DNA of 64,000 nucleotides from contig CAVYQE010000001.1 in the NCBI GenBank assembly GCA_963770565.1, forward strand, positions 1,088,001 to 1,152,000. Direction: 5' to 3'. Source of the DNA: an uncultured Actinomycetota bacterium. GTDB taxonomy: Bacteria; Actinomycetota; Actinomycetes; JAFAQI01. A program made the translations under genes and the position numbers. Below, in pieces: positions 16,913-27,027 of this stretch. The notes beneath the pieces are model-generated. The model was given only the letters and a program-made list of their open reading frames with translations. It made no database searches and had not been told where the DNA came from. Each line of letters opens with the position of its first letter. Position 1 is the first letter of the stretch.

Positions 16913-17827
16913 GTGACCGCACCGAGGTTCGATCCGCCGCTGTTCGATCCCGACGCCTGGACCGCCGTACCCGGCTTCGACTTCGCCGACATCACCTACC
17001 ACCGCGCCCGCGAGTCCGGCACGGTCCGGGTCGCCTTCGACCGGCCTGAGGTCCGCAACGCGTTCCGCCCATCGACGGTCGACGAGCTCTACGCCGCGCT
17101 CGACCACGCTCGGCAGTCTTCAGACGTCGGCTGCGTGCTGATCACCGGCAATGGGCCCTCGCCGAAGGACGGCGGCTGGGCGTTCTGCTCGGGCGGTGAC
17201 CAGCGGATCCGCGGTCGCGATGGATACCGGTACGCCGAGGGTGAGACCGCCGAGACGATCGATCCGGCGCGCGCGGGCCGCCTGCACATCCTCGAGGTGC
17301 AGCGGCTGATCCGCTTCATGCCGAAGGTCGTGATCGCGGTCGTGCCGGGCTGGGCGGCCGGCGGCGGGCACAGCCTGCACGTGGTCTGCGACCTCACCCT
17401 GGCCAGCCGGCAGCACGCCCGCTTCAAGCAGACCGATGCCCGGGTGGGGAGCTTCGACGGCGGCTTTGGATCGGCGTACCTGGCTCGTCAGGTCGGCCAG
17501 AAGTTCGCCCGCGAGGTGTTCTTCCTCGGCCAGGAGTACGACGCGCAGGACGCGCACCGGATGGGCATGGTCAACGCGGTCGTCGACCACGCCGACCTCG
17601 AGACCACCGCACTCGAGTGGGCGGCGAAGATCAACGCGATGAGCCCGATGTCGGTGCGGATGTTGAAGTACGCCTTCAACGCGATCGACGACGGGCTGAT
17701 CGGTCAACAGCTGTTCGCGGGCGAGGCCACCCGGCTCGGCTACATGACCGACGAGGCGGTCGAGGGGCGCGACGCCTTCCTCGAGCGGCGCGAGCCCGGC
17801 TGGTCGGACTACCCCTGGTACTTCTAG
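16913..17827 (+). CDS. menB: 1,4-dihydroxy-2-naphthoyl-CoA synthase
   Basis: RPEVRNAFRP, AFCSGGDQRIRG, GWAAGGGHSLHVVCDLT, VGSFDGGFG, GQKFARE. Confidence 0.96.
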   Translation: MTAPRFDPPLFDPDAWTAVPGFDFADITYHRARESGTVRVAFDRPEVRNAFRPSTVDELYAALDHARQSSDVGCVLITGNGPSPKDGGWAFCSGGDQRIRGRDGYRYAEGETAETIDPARAGRLHILEVQRLIRFMPKVVIAVVPGWAAGGGHSLHVVCDLTLASRQHARFKQTDARVGSFDGGFGSAYLARQVGQKFAREVFFLGQEYDAQDAHRMGMVNAVVDHADLETTALEWAAKINAMSPMSVRMLKYAFNAIDDGLIGQQLFAGEATRLGYMTDEAVEGRDAFLERREPGWSDYPWYF

Positions 17828-17842
17828 GCCCGGTCGGTCGAT

Positions 17843-18301
17843 CTAGCCCTCGGTGACGAGCGCGTCGAGGCGTTCGAGGGTCTTCGTCATGCCCTCGATG
17901 GTCTTCCCCCGCAGCGGAAGCACCGCCGCCTTGAACTTCTCCTGGGAGATGTCCCACGTCTCGCGCACCAGCGTGCCGCCCTCGACCGGTTCGAGCTCGT
18001 AGCGCCAGATCCGGCCGCCGGCGAGCGCCTTGGCGCGCCCCGGCGCGAAGGTCTGCCAGGCGATCCGGCGGTCCGGCTCGAACTCGATCACCGTGCTCTG
18101 CATCGAGTACGGGAGGCCGACCCGCATCGACATGCCGAAGGTCGAGCCGAGCTTGAGCGTGTCCGGCATCTTCTTCGCGCCGCGGACCGTGCCGCTTCCG
18201 TCGAAGTCCTTGTGCCGGCGCGGGTCGGCGAGCAGCGCGAAGATCGCCGCGGGCGGCGCCGCGATCACGCGCTCGACTGATTCGGTATCGCTGTCGGCCA
18301 T
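17843..18301 (-). CDS. SRPBCC (polyketide cyclase-like) family protein
   Basis: VERVIAAPPAAIFALLADP, EFEPDRRIAW, WRYELEP..GGTLVRETWD. Confidence 0.85.
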   Translation of the reverse strand: MADSDTESVERVIAAPPAAIFALLADPRRHKDFDGSGTVRGAKKMPDTLKLGSTFGMSMRVGLPYSMQSTVIEFEPDRRIAWQTFAPGRAKALAGGRIWRYELEPVEGGTLVRETWDISQEKFKAAVLPLRGKTIEGMTKTLERLDALVTEG

Positions 18302-18310
18302 GGCTCGACG

Positions 18311-19213
18311 CTACTGCGGGAGCCAGTCCGGGAGCCGATCGAGGCCGGCGTCGCGCAGTTGCAGCCCCAGCAGGTCGTTCCACGGCTGGTAGATCGCGCT
18401 GATCTCCCGCCGCAGCGTCTCCGGCACGACCTCGGGAGTGCTGGCCCGCTGGTTGACCGCTTCGTAGGCCTTCCGCGCGCGGGTGTAGAGCGTGGGGTAG
18501 CGACGGAACAGCGCGCGGGAGTGCTTGGCGGCGCGCGCCGCGACCCGTTGTGCGGAGCGGCTGCGGTAGGCCTCGGAGCTGTTCTCGGGCTCCTCGGTGG
18601 CCCGGGCGCCGTCCGGATCGATGCCCAGCCGGGTGCACTGGTCGGCGATCAGGGCATCGGCGTCGGCCACCAGGTCGTCGAAGAAGAAGACGTCGCACCG
18701 CTCGGGGTACGTCGCCAGCCAGCTCGGCAGGAACCGGGCGTACTGGCCTGTCCACAGCCCGGTGAAGACGTTGTTGGGCCGCCGGTTCATCTCGGCGTCC
18801 GGCAGCGCCTGGCAGCGTTCGACGTAGTGCTCCAGCGTCATGTCCGCGGGGATCTGCAGCCGGCCCTGCATGAAGCGGTAGAACGAAATCAGCCGGCTGA
18901 TCGGCTCCCGCAGGATGATCGTGACCCGCGGATCGCAAGTCTCCTTGATCACCTTGGCAGTAGCCGCGCCGCCGTAGAAGTAGTCCGGGGTGCACTCCAT
19001 CGTGACCGGCTGCCCGTCGAAGCGCCGGAAATAGGCCTGGTAGTCGGTGAGCGGCGCGAGCGGTTCGCCGTACCGCACCGCCTGGAAGTAGCGGGTCTCC
19101 TTGGTCGACGACGCGCAGACCTGCGGGTGCAGCGACATCGCGTTGAACATGCTGGTCGTGCCGGCCCGGCTCACCCCCACGATGACGAAGTTGGGCAGCG
19201 TCCCCCTCGGCAA
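18311..19213 (-). CDS. Sulfotransferase
   Basis: PNFVIVGVSRAGTTSM (5'-PSB), KETRYF, ECTPDY, ILREPISRLIS (3'-PB). Confidence 0.88.
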   Translation of the reverse strand: MPRGTLPNFVIVGVSRAGTTSMFNAMSLHPQVCASSTKETRYFQAVRYGEPLAPLTDYQAYFRRFDGQPVTMECTPDYFYGGAATAKVIKETCDPRVTIILREPISRLISFYRFMQGRLQIPADMTLEHYVERCQALPDAEMNRRPNNVFTGLWTGQYARFLPSWLATYPERCDVFFFDDLVADADALIADQCTRLGIDPDGARATEEPENSSEAYRSRSAQRVAARAAKHSRALFRRYPTLYTRARKAYEAVNQRASTPEVVPETLRREISAIYQPWNDLLGLQLRDAGLDRLPDWLPQ

Positions 19214-19267
19214 CCGTCACCTTCCGCGATCAGTCATTGCCACCGCGCGCTGTGGCAGGGTGAATCC

Positions 19268-19981
19268 ATGGCCGGCCCCCCGAACGCTGCGGCGGGCGTG
19301 GTCGTCATCATCCCTGCTTACAACGAGCAACGTCGAATCGGGGCGACGATTGCGGCGGCCCGCGACCTTGCCGCCGTTCGCGCCGTCATCGTCGCGGACG
19401 ACGGATCCCGCGACGCCACCGCGCGATCCGCGGTCGATGCGGGTGCGACCGTGACCCGACACGAGCGCCGGCGCGGCAAGGCCGCTGCCATGATGACCGG
19501 TGCAGCGGCGGCCCGATCGGCCGGCTTCGCGAGCGAGTCGATCCTGTTCCTCGACGCCGATCTCGAGGGTTCGGCCGCGAACGCCGGCCCGTTGGTCGAA
19601 CCGGTCCTGGCCGGTACGGCGGATATGACGATCGCCGTTCTGCCCGCCAGCGGGGCCGGCGGCGGGCACGGCTTCGTCATGCGGCTGGCCAGATCCGGGA
19701 TCAAGCAGGCCACCGGGTGGACGGCGACCGCGCCGTTGTCCGGCCAGCGCTGCATCACCCGCGGGCTCTTCGATGCGGTTCAGCCGCTCGCCCCCGGATT
19801 CGGGGTCGAGACCGGCCTGACCATCGACGCGTTGCGGCGCAACGCCACCGTCGTCGAGTGCCCCGTCGCGCTCGAGCATCGGGTGACGGGAACGAGTTGG
19901 CACGACCGATGGCACCGGGCCAGGCAATATCGCGATGTCTGGCGGGCATTGGCGGCCCGGCGGATCTATCGGGTCAGGTGA
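19268..19981 (+). CDS. Glycosyltransferase family 2
   Basis: IIPAYNE, VADDGSRD, GKAAA, FLDADL, PLSGQR. Confidence 0.88.
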   Translation: MAGPPNAAAGVVVIIPAYNEQRRIGATIAAARDLAAVRAVIVADDGSRDATARSAVDAGATVTRHERRRGKAAAMMTGAAAARSAGFASESILFLDADLEGSAANAGPLVEPVLAGTADMTIAVLPASGAGGGHGFVMRLARSGIKQATGWTATAPLSGQRCITRGLFDAVQPLAPGFGVETGLTIDALRRNATVVECPVALEHRVTGTSWHDRWHRARQYRDVWRALAARRIYRVR

Positions 19982-19985
19982 GGTG

Positions 19986-20540
19986 ATGGCGCACGGGTCG
20001 CACGACCGGCAGCACCGTCATGATCACAGCCATGACCCGCTCCAGCCGGCGGCGAGGTTCTGCCCGGCGTGCGGCGCCGGGTTGGCCGAGCCGGCCGTGC
20101 CCGGCGCCGCCCAGCGCTGCGCCGAGTGTGGCCGGACCCATTTCCGCGACCCGAAGGTCGGCGTCGGTGCGGTTGTTCACGATGACCAGGGCCGGCTGCT
20201 CCTCGTCCGCCGAGGGGTCGAGCCGGCGGCCGGCAAGTGGGCGCTGCCGGCCGGATTCCTCGACGCCGACGAGGATCCGCGCGAGGCGGCTCGGCGCGAG
20301 ACGCTCGAGGAGACCGGACTCGACGTGGCGGTGGGCGCGGTCGTCGACGTCTACCCGGGCGAGCCGGGCAGCGGCGTGACCTTCTTCGTCTCGTTCGAGG
20401 CCCGGGTCGTGGCCGGCACTTTGCAGGCCGGTGACGACGTGACCGAGGTGGCGTTCTTCGCCGAAGGCGAGTTCCCCGAGATCGCGTTCGCCAGCACCAC
20501 GGATGCCGTCCGCCGGACGATCGAGCGCCGCCGCCCGTGA
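19986..20540 (+). CDS. NUDIX hydrolase with N-terminal zinc ribbon
   Basis: CPACG...CAECG; Nudix box GFLDADEDPREAARRETLEETG. Confidence 0.9.
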   Translation: MAHGSHDRQHRHDHSHDPLQPAARFCPACGAGLAEPAVPGAAQRCAECGRTHFRDPKVGVGAVVHDDQGRLLLVRRGVEPAAGKWALPAGFLDADEDPREAARRETLEETGLDVAVGAVVDVYPGEPGSGVTFFVSFEARVVAGTLQAGDDVTEVAFFAEGEFPEIAFASTTDAVRRTIERRRP

Positions 20541-20587
20541 TGCGCCGTACATAGGCATGACGGCGTGCCTACGCATACGCTCAAGGC

Positions 20588-21607
20588 ATGTCGGCACTTG
20601 AGGGCCCGCTCGACCGGCTCGGCCGGCCGGTGCGGGACCTGCGGCTCTCGGTCACCGACCGGTGCAACTTCCGCTGCCCGTACTGCATGCCGCGCGAGGT
20701 GTTCGGCCCCGACCATCCGTTCTCGCCCCGGTCGGAGCTGTTGACCTATGAGGAGCTGACTCGGGTCGTCGCGATCTTCGCCGGGCTCGGGGTGAGCAAG
20801 GTCCGGCTGACCGGTGGCGAGCCGCTGCTGCGCCGCGACCTCGACGCGCTGGTGGCGATGATCGCCGCGACGCCCGGCATCGACGACATCGCGATCACTA
20901 CCAACGGTTCGTTGCTGGCTGCCCGCGCCGAGGCCCTGCGAACCGCCGGCCTGCACCGGGTGACGGTCAGCCTGGACAGTCTCGACCCGGCGGTCTTCGC
21001 GGCGATGGCCGACACTCGGATCTCGCTCGACACCGTGCTGGACGGGATCGCCGTGGCGCGCGACGTCGGACTCTCCCCGATCAAGCTGAACACGGTCGTC
21101 CAGCGTGGCGTCAACGACGACGGGCTGCTCGACCTGGTCGGCTACGCCCGGTCGCACGGCGACGTGCTGCGGTTCATCGAATACATGGACGTCGGTACGT
21201 CGAACGGCTGGGTCCGCGACGAGGTGGTGCCGGCTGCCGAGATCGTCGAGCGGATCAATGCGGTGCACCCGCTCGAGCCGATTCCGGCTTCGACCAAGGG
21301 CGAGGTCGCGCAGCGCTGGCGCTACGTCGACGGCGCCGGCGAACTCGGGGTGATCTCGTCGGTGACCCAGCCGTTCTGCACCGACTGCACCCGGGCTCGG
21401 GTGACCGCGACCGGCGAGCTGTTCACCTGCCTGTTCGCGACCCGCGGCCGTGACCTACGCGCACTATTGCGCGGCGGGGCGAGCGACGCGGAGATCCGCG
21501 ACCAAATCGCCGGCGTGTGGTCGGCCCGCTCCGACCGCTATTCGGAGCTCCGCAGCGCCGCGACGGTCGACGCGCCCAAGGCCGAGATGTCCTACCTCGG
21601 CGGCTGA
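20588..21607 (+). CDS. moaA: GTP 3',8-cyclase (Moco biosynthesis radical SAM)
   Basis: LRLSVTDRCNFRCPYC, LTGGEP, FCTDCTR...CLF, C-terminal MSYLGG. Confidence 0.96.
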   Translation: MSALEGPLDRLGRPVRDLRLSVTDRCNFRCPYCMPREVFGPDHPFSPRSELLTYEELTRVVAIFAGLGVSKVRLTGGEPLLRRDLDALVAMIAATPGIDDIAITTNGSLLAARAEALRTAGLHRVTVSLDSLDPAVFAAMADTRISLDTVLDGIAVARDVGLSPIKLNTVVQRGVNDDGLLDLVGYARSHGDVLRFIEYMDVGTSNGWVRDEVVPAAEIVERINAVHPLEPIPASTKGEVAQRWRYVDGAGELGVISSVTQPFCTDCTRARVTATGELFTCLFATRGRDLRALLRGGASDAEIRDQIAGVWSARSDRYSELRSAATVDAPKAEMSYLGG

Positions 21608-21623
21608 CCGCTCCCGGCGCCGC

Positions 21624-23993
21624 TCAGGCGGCGACGTCCTCGGCGGTCGCGACCGGCTCGAGCGCCAGCCCGAGCACCTCGCGGACATCGCTGACCGGGT
21701 GGATGGTCAGCGCGGCCCGCACCTCCTCCGGCACGTCGTCGAGGTCCGGCTCGTTGCGAGCCGGGATCAGCACGGTCGTGATCCCGGCGCGATGCGCGGC
21801 CAGCAGCTTCTGCTTGACCCCGCCGATCGGCAGCACCCGCCCGGTGAGAGAGACCTCGCCGGTCATCGCGACGTCGGACCGGACCGGCCGACCGGACAGC
21901 AGCGAGGCCAGCGCGGTCGTCATGGTCACACCGGCGCTCGGGCCGTCCTTCGGTACTGCACCGGCCGGCACGTGCAGGTGGATGCCACGGTCGTTGAGCT
22001 CGCCGACCGGCAACCCCAGCTCCGCGCCATTGGCCCGCAGGAACGCGAGCGCGATCTGGGCGGACTCCTTCATCACCTCGCCGAGCTGACCGGTGATCGT
22101 GACAGCACTCGAGCCGGTGTCGCGATCGGCGAGCGAAGCCTCGACGAACAGGACGTCGCCACCTGCGCCGGTGACTGCAAGCCCGGTCGCCACGCCGGGC
22201 AGCGAGGTGCGTTCGGCCGATTCGGGCAGATGCCGTGGCCTCCCGACGTACCCGGTCAACGCGTCGGCGTCGACGGTGACGGGGCCGCTCGAGTCCTCGA
22301 GCGAAGCGGTCGCCGCGATCTTGCGAAGCACCCGAGCGATTAGTCGCTCGAGCTCGCGGACGCCGGCCTCGCGGCTGTATTCAGCCGCCAACCGCCGGAT
22401 CGCGTCGTCGGTGACCACCACGTCGTCGGGGGTCAGACCGGCCCGTTCGAGCTGGCGGGGCAACAGGTGGTCGCGCCCGATGGTCAGCTTCTCGTCCTCG
22501 GTGTAGCCGTCGAGCCGGATGACCTCCATCCGGTCGAGTAGCGCCGCCGGGATCGCATCGATCACGTTGGCAGTGGCGAGGAACATCACGTCCGACAGGT
22601 CGAGCTCGATCTCCAGGTAGTGATCCCGGAAGGTGTGGTTCTGCGCCGGGTCGAGCACCTCGAGCAGGGCCGCGGTGGGGTCGCCGCGGTAGTCCGCGCC
22701 GACCTTGTCGACCTCGTCGAGCAGCACGACCGGGTTCATTGACCCGGCCTCCTTGATCGCCCGCACGATCCGCCCGGGCATCGCGCCGACGTAGGTCTTG
22801 CGGTGCCCGCGGATCTCGGCCTCGTCGCGGATGCCGCCGAGCGCGACCCGCACGAACCGGCGCCCCATCGCACGCGCGACCGATTCGCCGAGCGAGGTCT
22901 TGCCGACTCCCGGCGGGCCGACCAGTGCGAGTACGGCGCCGCTTCGGCGGCCACCGACCACGCCGAGCCCGCGATCGGCACGCCGGCGGCGGACCGCGAG
23001 ATATTCGATGACGCGGTCTTTCACGTCGGCCATCCCGGCGTGATCGGCGTCGAGCACGGCCCGGGCGTCGGCGACGTCGTAGGAATCTTCGGTGTGTTCA
23101 TTCCACGGCAGCTCGAGGACGGTGTCGAGCCAGGTCCGGATCCAGCCCACCTCCGGCGACTGCTCGGAGGTCCGCTCCAGCTTGTCGACCTCGGCGAGCG
23201 CGGCCTTGCGCGCAGCCTCGGGCAGCTGGGCGGCCTCGACCCGAGCGCGGTAGTCCTGCTCCTCGGTCTCGGGCTGACCGGAGAGCTCGGCCAGCTCCTT
23301 GCGGACCGCGGCCAGTTGCTGGCGTAGCAGGAACTCGCGCTGCTGCTTGTCCATGCCCTCCTGGACGTCCTTGCGAATCGTCTCCGCGACGTCGAGCTCG
23401 GCCAGGTGCTCGCGGCTCCACGTCACCAGCCGCTCGAGCCGGGCCGTGACCTCGACGGTCTCGAGCAGCCACACCTTCTGCGCGTTGGTCAGGTACGGCG
23501 CGTAGCCGGCGAGGTCGGCGAGCGCCGACGGGTCGGTCATCGACTGCACCGAGTCGACGAACTGCCAGCCGCCGCGCTGCTGGAGGATCGCGGTCGCGAG
23601 CGACTTGTACTCCCTGGCCAACTCCGCGGCCCGGGCGTCGGGATCGGGCTCGATCTGGATCTCCGCCTGCACCCACAGGGCCGCACCCGGTCCGGTCGCG
23701 CCGGTGCCGATCCGCACCCGCTCGATCCCGCGAACGACCGCAACGGTGTCGCCGCTCGGGACCTGGCCGATCTGCTCGATCGTGGCCACGGTGCCGACCG
23801 CGGCGTACGTGCCGTCCAGGCGGGGCACCAGCAGCACCTGGCCGCTGGCATCGCTCCCGGGCTCGCGTGCGGCCCGCGCGGCGTCGATCGCGGCGCGGAT
23901 CTCGGGGTCGGCCAGCCGCATCGGCACGACCATCCCCGGCAGCACCACCAGGTCGTCGAGTGGCACCACCGGAAGGGTGACAACGTCTGCCAT
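21624..23993 (-). CDS. lon: ATP-dependent Lon protease
   Basis: GPPGVGKTS, DEAEIRGHR, LLDEVDK, PKDGPSAG, IGGVKQK. Confidence 0.97.
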   Translation of the reverse strand: MADVVTLPVVPLDDLVVLPGMVVPMRLADPEIRAAIDAARAAREPGSDASGQVLLVPRLDGTYAAVGTVATIEQIGQVPSGDTVAVVRGIERVRIGTGATGPGAALWVQAEIQIEPDPDARAAELAREYKSLATAILQQRGGWQFVDSVQSMTDPSALADLAGYAPYLTNAQKVWLLETVEVTARLERLVTWSREHLAELDVAETIRKDVQEGMDKQQREFLLRQQLAAVRKELAELSGQPETEEQDYRARVEAAQLPEAARKAALAEVDKLERTSEQSPEVGWIRTWLDTVLELPWNEHTEDSYDVADARAVLDADHAGMADVKDRVIEYLAVRRRRADRGLGVVGGRRSGAVLALVGPPGVGKTSLGESVARAMGRRFVRVALGGIRDEAEIRGHRKTYVGAMPGRIVRAIKEAGSMNPVVLLDEVDKVGADYRGDPTAALLEVLDPAQNHTFRDHYLEIELDLSDVMFLATANVIDAIPAALLDRMEVIRLDGYTEDEKLTIGRDHLLPRQLERAGLTPDDVVVTDDAIRRLAAEYSREAGVRELERLIARVLRKIAATASLEDSSGPVTVDADALTGYVGRPRHLPESAERTSLPGVATGLAVTGAGGDVLFVEASLADRDTGSSAVTITGQLGEVMKESAQIALAFLRANGAELGLPVGELNDRGIHLHVPAGAVPKDGPSAGVTMTTALASLLSGRPVRSDVAMTGEVSLTGRVLPIGGVKQKLLAAHRAGITTVLIPARNEPDLDDVPEEVRAALTIHPVSDVREVLGLALEPVATAEDVAA

Positions 23994-24014
23994 GTTCCCG
24001 CCTCTGTCCTTAGA

Positions 24015-24033
24015 TTGAGTCTCAAAGGCTCAA
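24015..24033. promoter_or_regulatory. HAIR-like operator (HspR) upstream of lon
   Basis: TTGAGT-N7-GCTCAA, matching the CTTGAGT-N7-ACTCAAG HspR consensus. Confidence 0.7.
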
Positions 24034-24084
24034 CTACGGACCGGCGGGGATTGTTTCCCCGTTCGCTGTCAGGGAACTGTCGGG

Positions 24085-24855
24085 CTACTTCGGAGTCGGC
24101 ACGACCAGGGGACCCTGCGGAGGGTCGAGCTCGCGTCGGACCACCGCGGCGGCGACCTCACTGAGCTTGAGGTTGTGGCTGCGGGCATAGTGCCGCAGCG
24201 CGTCGAACGCGGCGTCGGGCGCGAGCCCGCGGCGTTCGGCGATCATGCCCTTGGCCTGCTCGATGACCACGCGGCTGTTCAGCGCGTGCTGGAGCTGGTC
24301 GGCGAGCACGACGCTTCGTTGGGTGGTCCGTCTTTGCAGGATGCCGATCGCCACGATGTCGGCGAGCGCTTGCGCGAGGTGAATGTTCGATATCGACATC
24401 GGTTCGGTCGTGTCCTGGAAGACCTCGAGGCTGCCGATCACCGAGTCGCGCAACCGAATCGGAAAGGCAGCGCCGGCCCGAAATCCGGCGGCTTGTGCGA
24501 CCTGGCCGAATTCGGGCCAGCCATCGACGCTATCGGCGAAATCGGGGCTCGTGACCTGGGTCCCGAGTCGGATGCATTCCACGGCCGGGCCATGCGACTG
24601 GCGGAGCTCGAGAATCTGCAAGAGCCGGGCCGGCTCACTCGAGGAGGCGACGACCGCCAGGTTTCCCTTCTGGTCGGCGAGCAGTACCGCGGCGCCGGCG
24701 ACGCCGACCAAGTTGACGCAGGCACCGACGAGCACGTCGAGGAGATCGACGACGTCGTAGTCATCGGCGAGGGTGTCTGATAATCGGACGAGGGTGTCGA
24801 TGATGGCGGAATCTCGGCTATCGGCTGCAGGCGTCCTCGTCGTCCTGCTTGCCAT
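24085..24855 (-). CDS. GAF and ANTAR domain protein
   Basis: LSDTLADDYDVVDLL, GAF region, QLQHALNSRVVIEQAKG...AFDALRHYARSHNLKL. Confidence 0.9.
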   Translation of the reverse strand: MASRTTRTPAADSRDSAIIDTLVRLSDTLADDYDVVDLLDVLVGACVNLVGVAGAAVLLADQKGNLAVVASSSEPARLLQILELRQSHGPAVECIRLGTQVTSPDFADSVDGWPEFGQVAQAAGFRAGAAFPIRLRDSVIGSLEVFQDTTEPMSISNIHLAQALADIVAIGILQRRTTQRSVVLADQLQHALNSRVVIEQAKGMIAERRGLAPDAAFDALRHYARSHNLKLSEVAAAVVRRELDPPQGPLVVPTPK

Positions 24856-25082
24856 CGCAGTCACCCGGGTGGTTCCGCCGCATTGATCATCATGTTGGCC
24901 CCACACCCCACGTTTGCCATTGGTTCATGTACCTACTTTGTCGTCAGTATGCACACGACCTTGACAAAGAAGTCGGGTATTCGCGGTTCGTGGTAGACGA
25001 TTGTTTACTGTCTGATCATGCAGTCACTGGTCGAAACTGCATAATTAGCCCAAACATTGCCGTATTGTCAACAGTTGTCGAC

Positions 25083-26102
25083 ATGTTCCGACGCCAAATA
25101 GCACACTGCGATGTGCCCGTACGAACGCCGGCGGCCCGGATCGCGCCGATGCTCGCCGGGCCGGCTGCGCTTCCCGCCGACGACGCCGGCTGGGCATATG
25201 AGTTCAAATGGGACGGCATCCGGGCGATCAGCTACGTCGAGGCCGGCACCGTGCTGGCCAGAAGCCGCGGCGACAAGGACCTGACCGCGGCGTTCCCCGA
25301 GCTAACGGATGTGGCCCGTGCCCTCGGTCGCCGCTCGGCGATCCTCGACGGCGAGCTGGTCGCCTTCGACGACGCCGGGCGGCCGAGCTTCGGTCGGCTC
25401 CAACGGCGGCTGAACCTGACCTCCGATCGGGAGATCGCGAGCCGGGCCGGCCAGGTACCGGCGACGTACCTGATCTTCGACCTGCTCGCGCTCGACGGGG
25501 AGCTGTTGCTCGACCTCGGGTACGACGATCGTCGCGCCCGGCTGGAGGAGCTGGCGCTGTCCGGCGACACCTTCTCCACCCCTCCGGTGTTCCGCGACGT
25601 GCGCGGTAAGGACGTCCTGGCGGCGGCTGCCGCGGCCGGGCTCGAGGGGGTGCTGGCCAAACGCCGGGACAGCCGCTACCTCCCGGGTGAGCGGTCGACC
25701 GCGTGGCGCAAGATCAAGATTGTGCGGACCCAGGACGTCGTGATCGGCGGCTGGACCGACGGCGAGGGCGAGCGGGCCGGCAGCCTCGGCGCGCTGTTGC
25801 TCGGCGTCTACGCCGAGCCCGGCGGTCATGGCGGGTTGCACTACGTCGGCAAGGTCGGCACCGGCTTCGACACGGCGGCTCGCCGCGGCCTGCTGACAGA
25901 ACTGGCGGCGCTGTCCAGCGGTGCCAGCCCGTTCGAGCCGTCGGGCGACATCCCGGCCGGTGCCAACGTGCACTTCGTCTCGCCAGCCCTGGTCGGCGAG
26001 GTGAGCTACGGCGAGTGGACGCCTGGTGGGCACCTGCGTCACCCTTCGTGGCGAGGGCTGCGCCCTGAGATTGCAGTCGGGAGCGTCGTTCGTGAGCCCT
26101 GA
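25083..26102 (+). CDS. ligD: ATP-dependent DNA ligase, stand-alone LigD ligase domain
   Basis: YEFKWDGIR, LDGE, IFDLL, EGVLAK, WRKIK, YVGKVGTGF, LRHP; start uncertain (25083, 25113 or 25149). Confidence 0.9.
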   Translation: MFRRQIAHCDVPVRTPAARIAPMLAGPAALPADDAGWAYEFKWDGIRAISYVEAGTVLARSRGDKDLTAAFPELTDVARALGRRSAILDGELVAFDDAGRPSFGRLQRRLNLTSDREIASRAGQVPATYLIFDLLALDGELLLDLGYDDRRARLEELALSGDTFSTPPVFRDVRGKDVLAAAAAAGLEGVLAKRRDSRYLPGERSTAWRKIKIVRTQDVVIGGWTDGEGERAGSLGALLLGVYAEPGGHGGLHYVGKVGTGFDTAARRGLLTELAALSSGASPFEPSGDIPAGANVHFVSPALVGEVSYGEWTPGGHLRHPSWRGLRPEIAVGSVVREP

Positions 26103-27027
26103 CCGCGTTGAGACCGAGGTCGATGGCCGTCAGCTGAGCCTGTCCAACCTCGACAAGGTGCTCTACCCAGAGCCCGGCTTCACCAAGGCCGCGGTAATCG
26201 ACTATTACGCGCGGATCGCGCCGGTCATGCTCGGGCACCTGCGCGACCGGCCCCTGACCTTCCGCCGCTTCCCCGACGGGGTGGACCGGCCGTCCTTCTT
26301 CGCCAAGAACATGCCGCCGGGCGCGCCGTCGTGGCTGCGGACGGTGACCGTCGCGTCGAGGAGTGGCCGCAGCGCGCGCGACGGTTCGGGGGAGACCGCG
26401 ACCGTCACCTACGTGATCTGCGATGACCGGCCGACGTTGATCTGGGCGGCAAACCTCGCCGCGATCGAGTTCCACGTCCCGCTCTGGCGGGAGCAAAAGG
26501 GCGAGCCGGTGCCGGCCGCGCCGGACCACCTGGTCTTCGACCTCGATCCCGGACCCGGCACGTCCGTCGTCGAGTGCGCCCGGATCGGGCTCTGGCTGGC
26601 CGAGCGGCTCACGACGTACGACGTCGAGCCGCCGGTCGTGAAGACCAGCGGCTCGAAGGGACTCCAGCTGTACGCGTCGTACCGCACGAGGCCTGACTGG
26701 TCGCAGGCGCGTGACCTGGCGTTCGAGATCGCCGACGCGGTTGCCACCGACCATCCCGAACTGGTCGTGACGAACATGCGCAAGGACCTGCGCAACGGCC
26801 GGGTCCTGATCGACTGGAGCCAGAACCATCCGGTGAAGACCACCGTCGCGGCATATTCATTGCGCGCGCTGCCCGAGCCGACGGTGTCGACGCCGGTCAG
26901 CTGGGACGAAGTGACGGACTGTGAGCGACGTGGCGATCCGGCCGTGCTGCGGTTCGTGGCCGCGCAGGTGCTCGAGCGGGTCGAGCGGTACGGCGACCTG
27001 TTCGCCGCGGTGGCCGGATCAGGCTGA
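26092..27027 (+). CDS. ligD: Stand-alone LigD polymerase (primase-like) domain
   Basis: LSNLDKVLYP, RRFPDG, FFAKN, VFDLDP, KTSGSKGLQ, IDWSQN, YSLRA. Confidence 0.92.
   Translation: MSPDRVETEVDGRQLSLSNLDKVLYPEPGFTKAAVIDYYARIAPVMLGHLRDRPLTFRRFPDGVDRPSFFAKNMPPGAPSWLRTVTVASRSGRSARDGSGETATVTYVICDDRPTLIWAANLAAIEFHVPLWREQKGEPVPAAPDHLVFDLDPGPGTSVVECARIGLWLAERLTTYDVEPPVVKTSGSKGLQLYASYRTRPDWSQARDLAFEIADAVATDHPELVVTNMRKDLRNGRVLIDWSQNHPVKTTVAAYSLRALPEPTVSTPVSWDEVTDCERRGDPAVLRFVAAQVLERVERYGDLFAAVAGSG

Noticed and set aside
19986-20036. His-rich N-terminus of the NUDIX protein as a metal tag
   Set aside because: Short low-complexity extension; the start site is uncertain.
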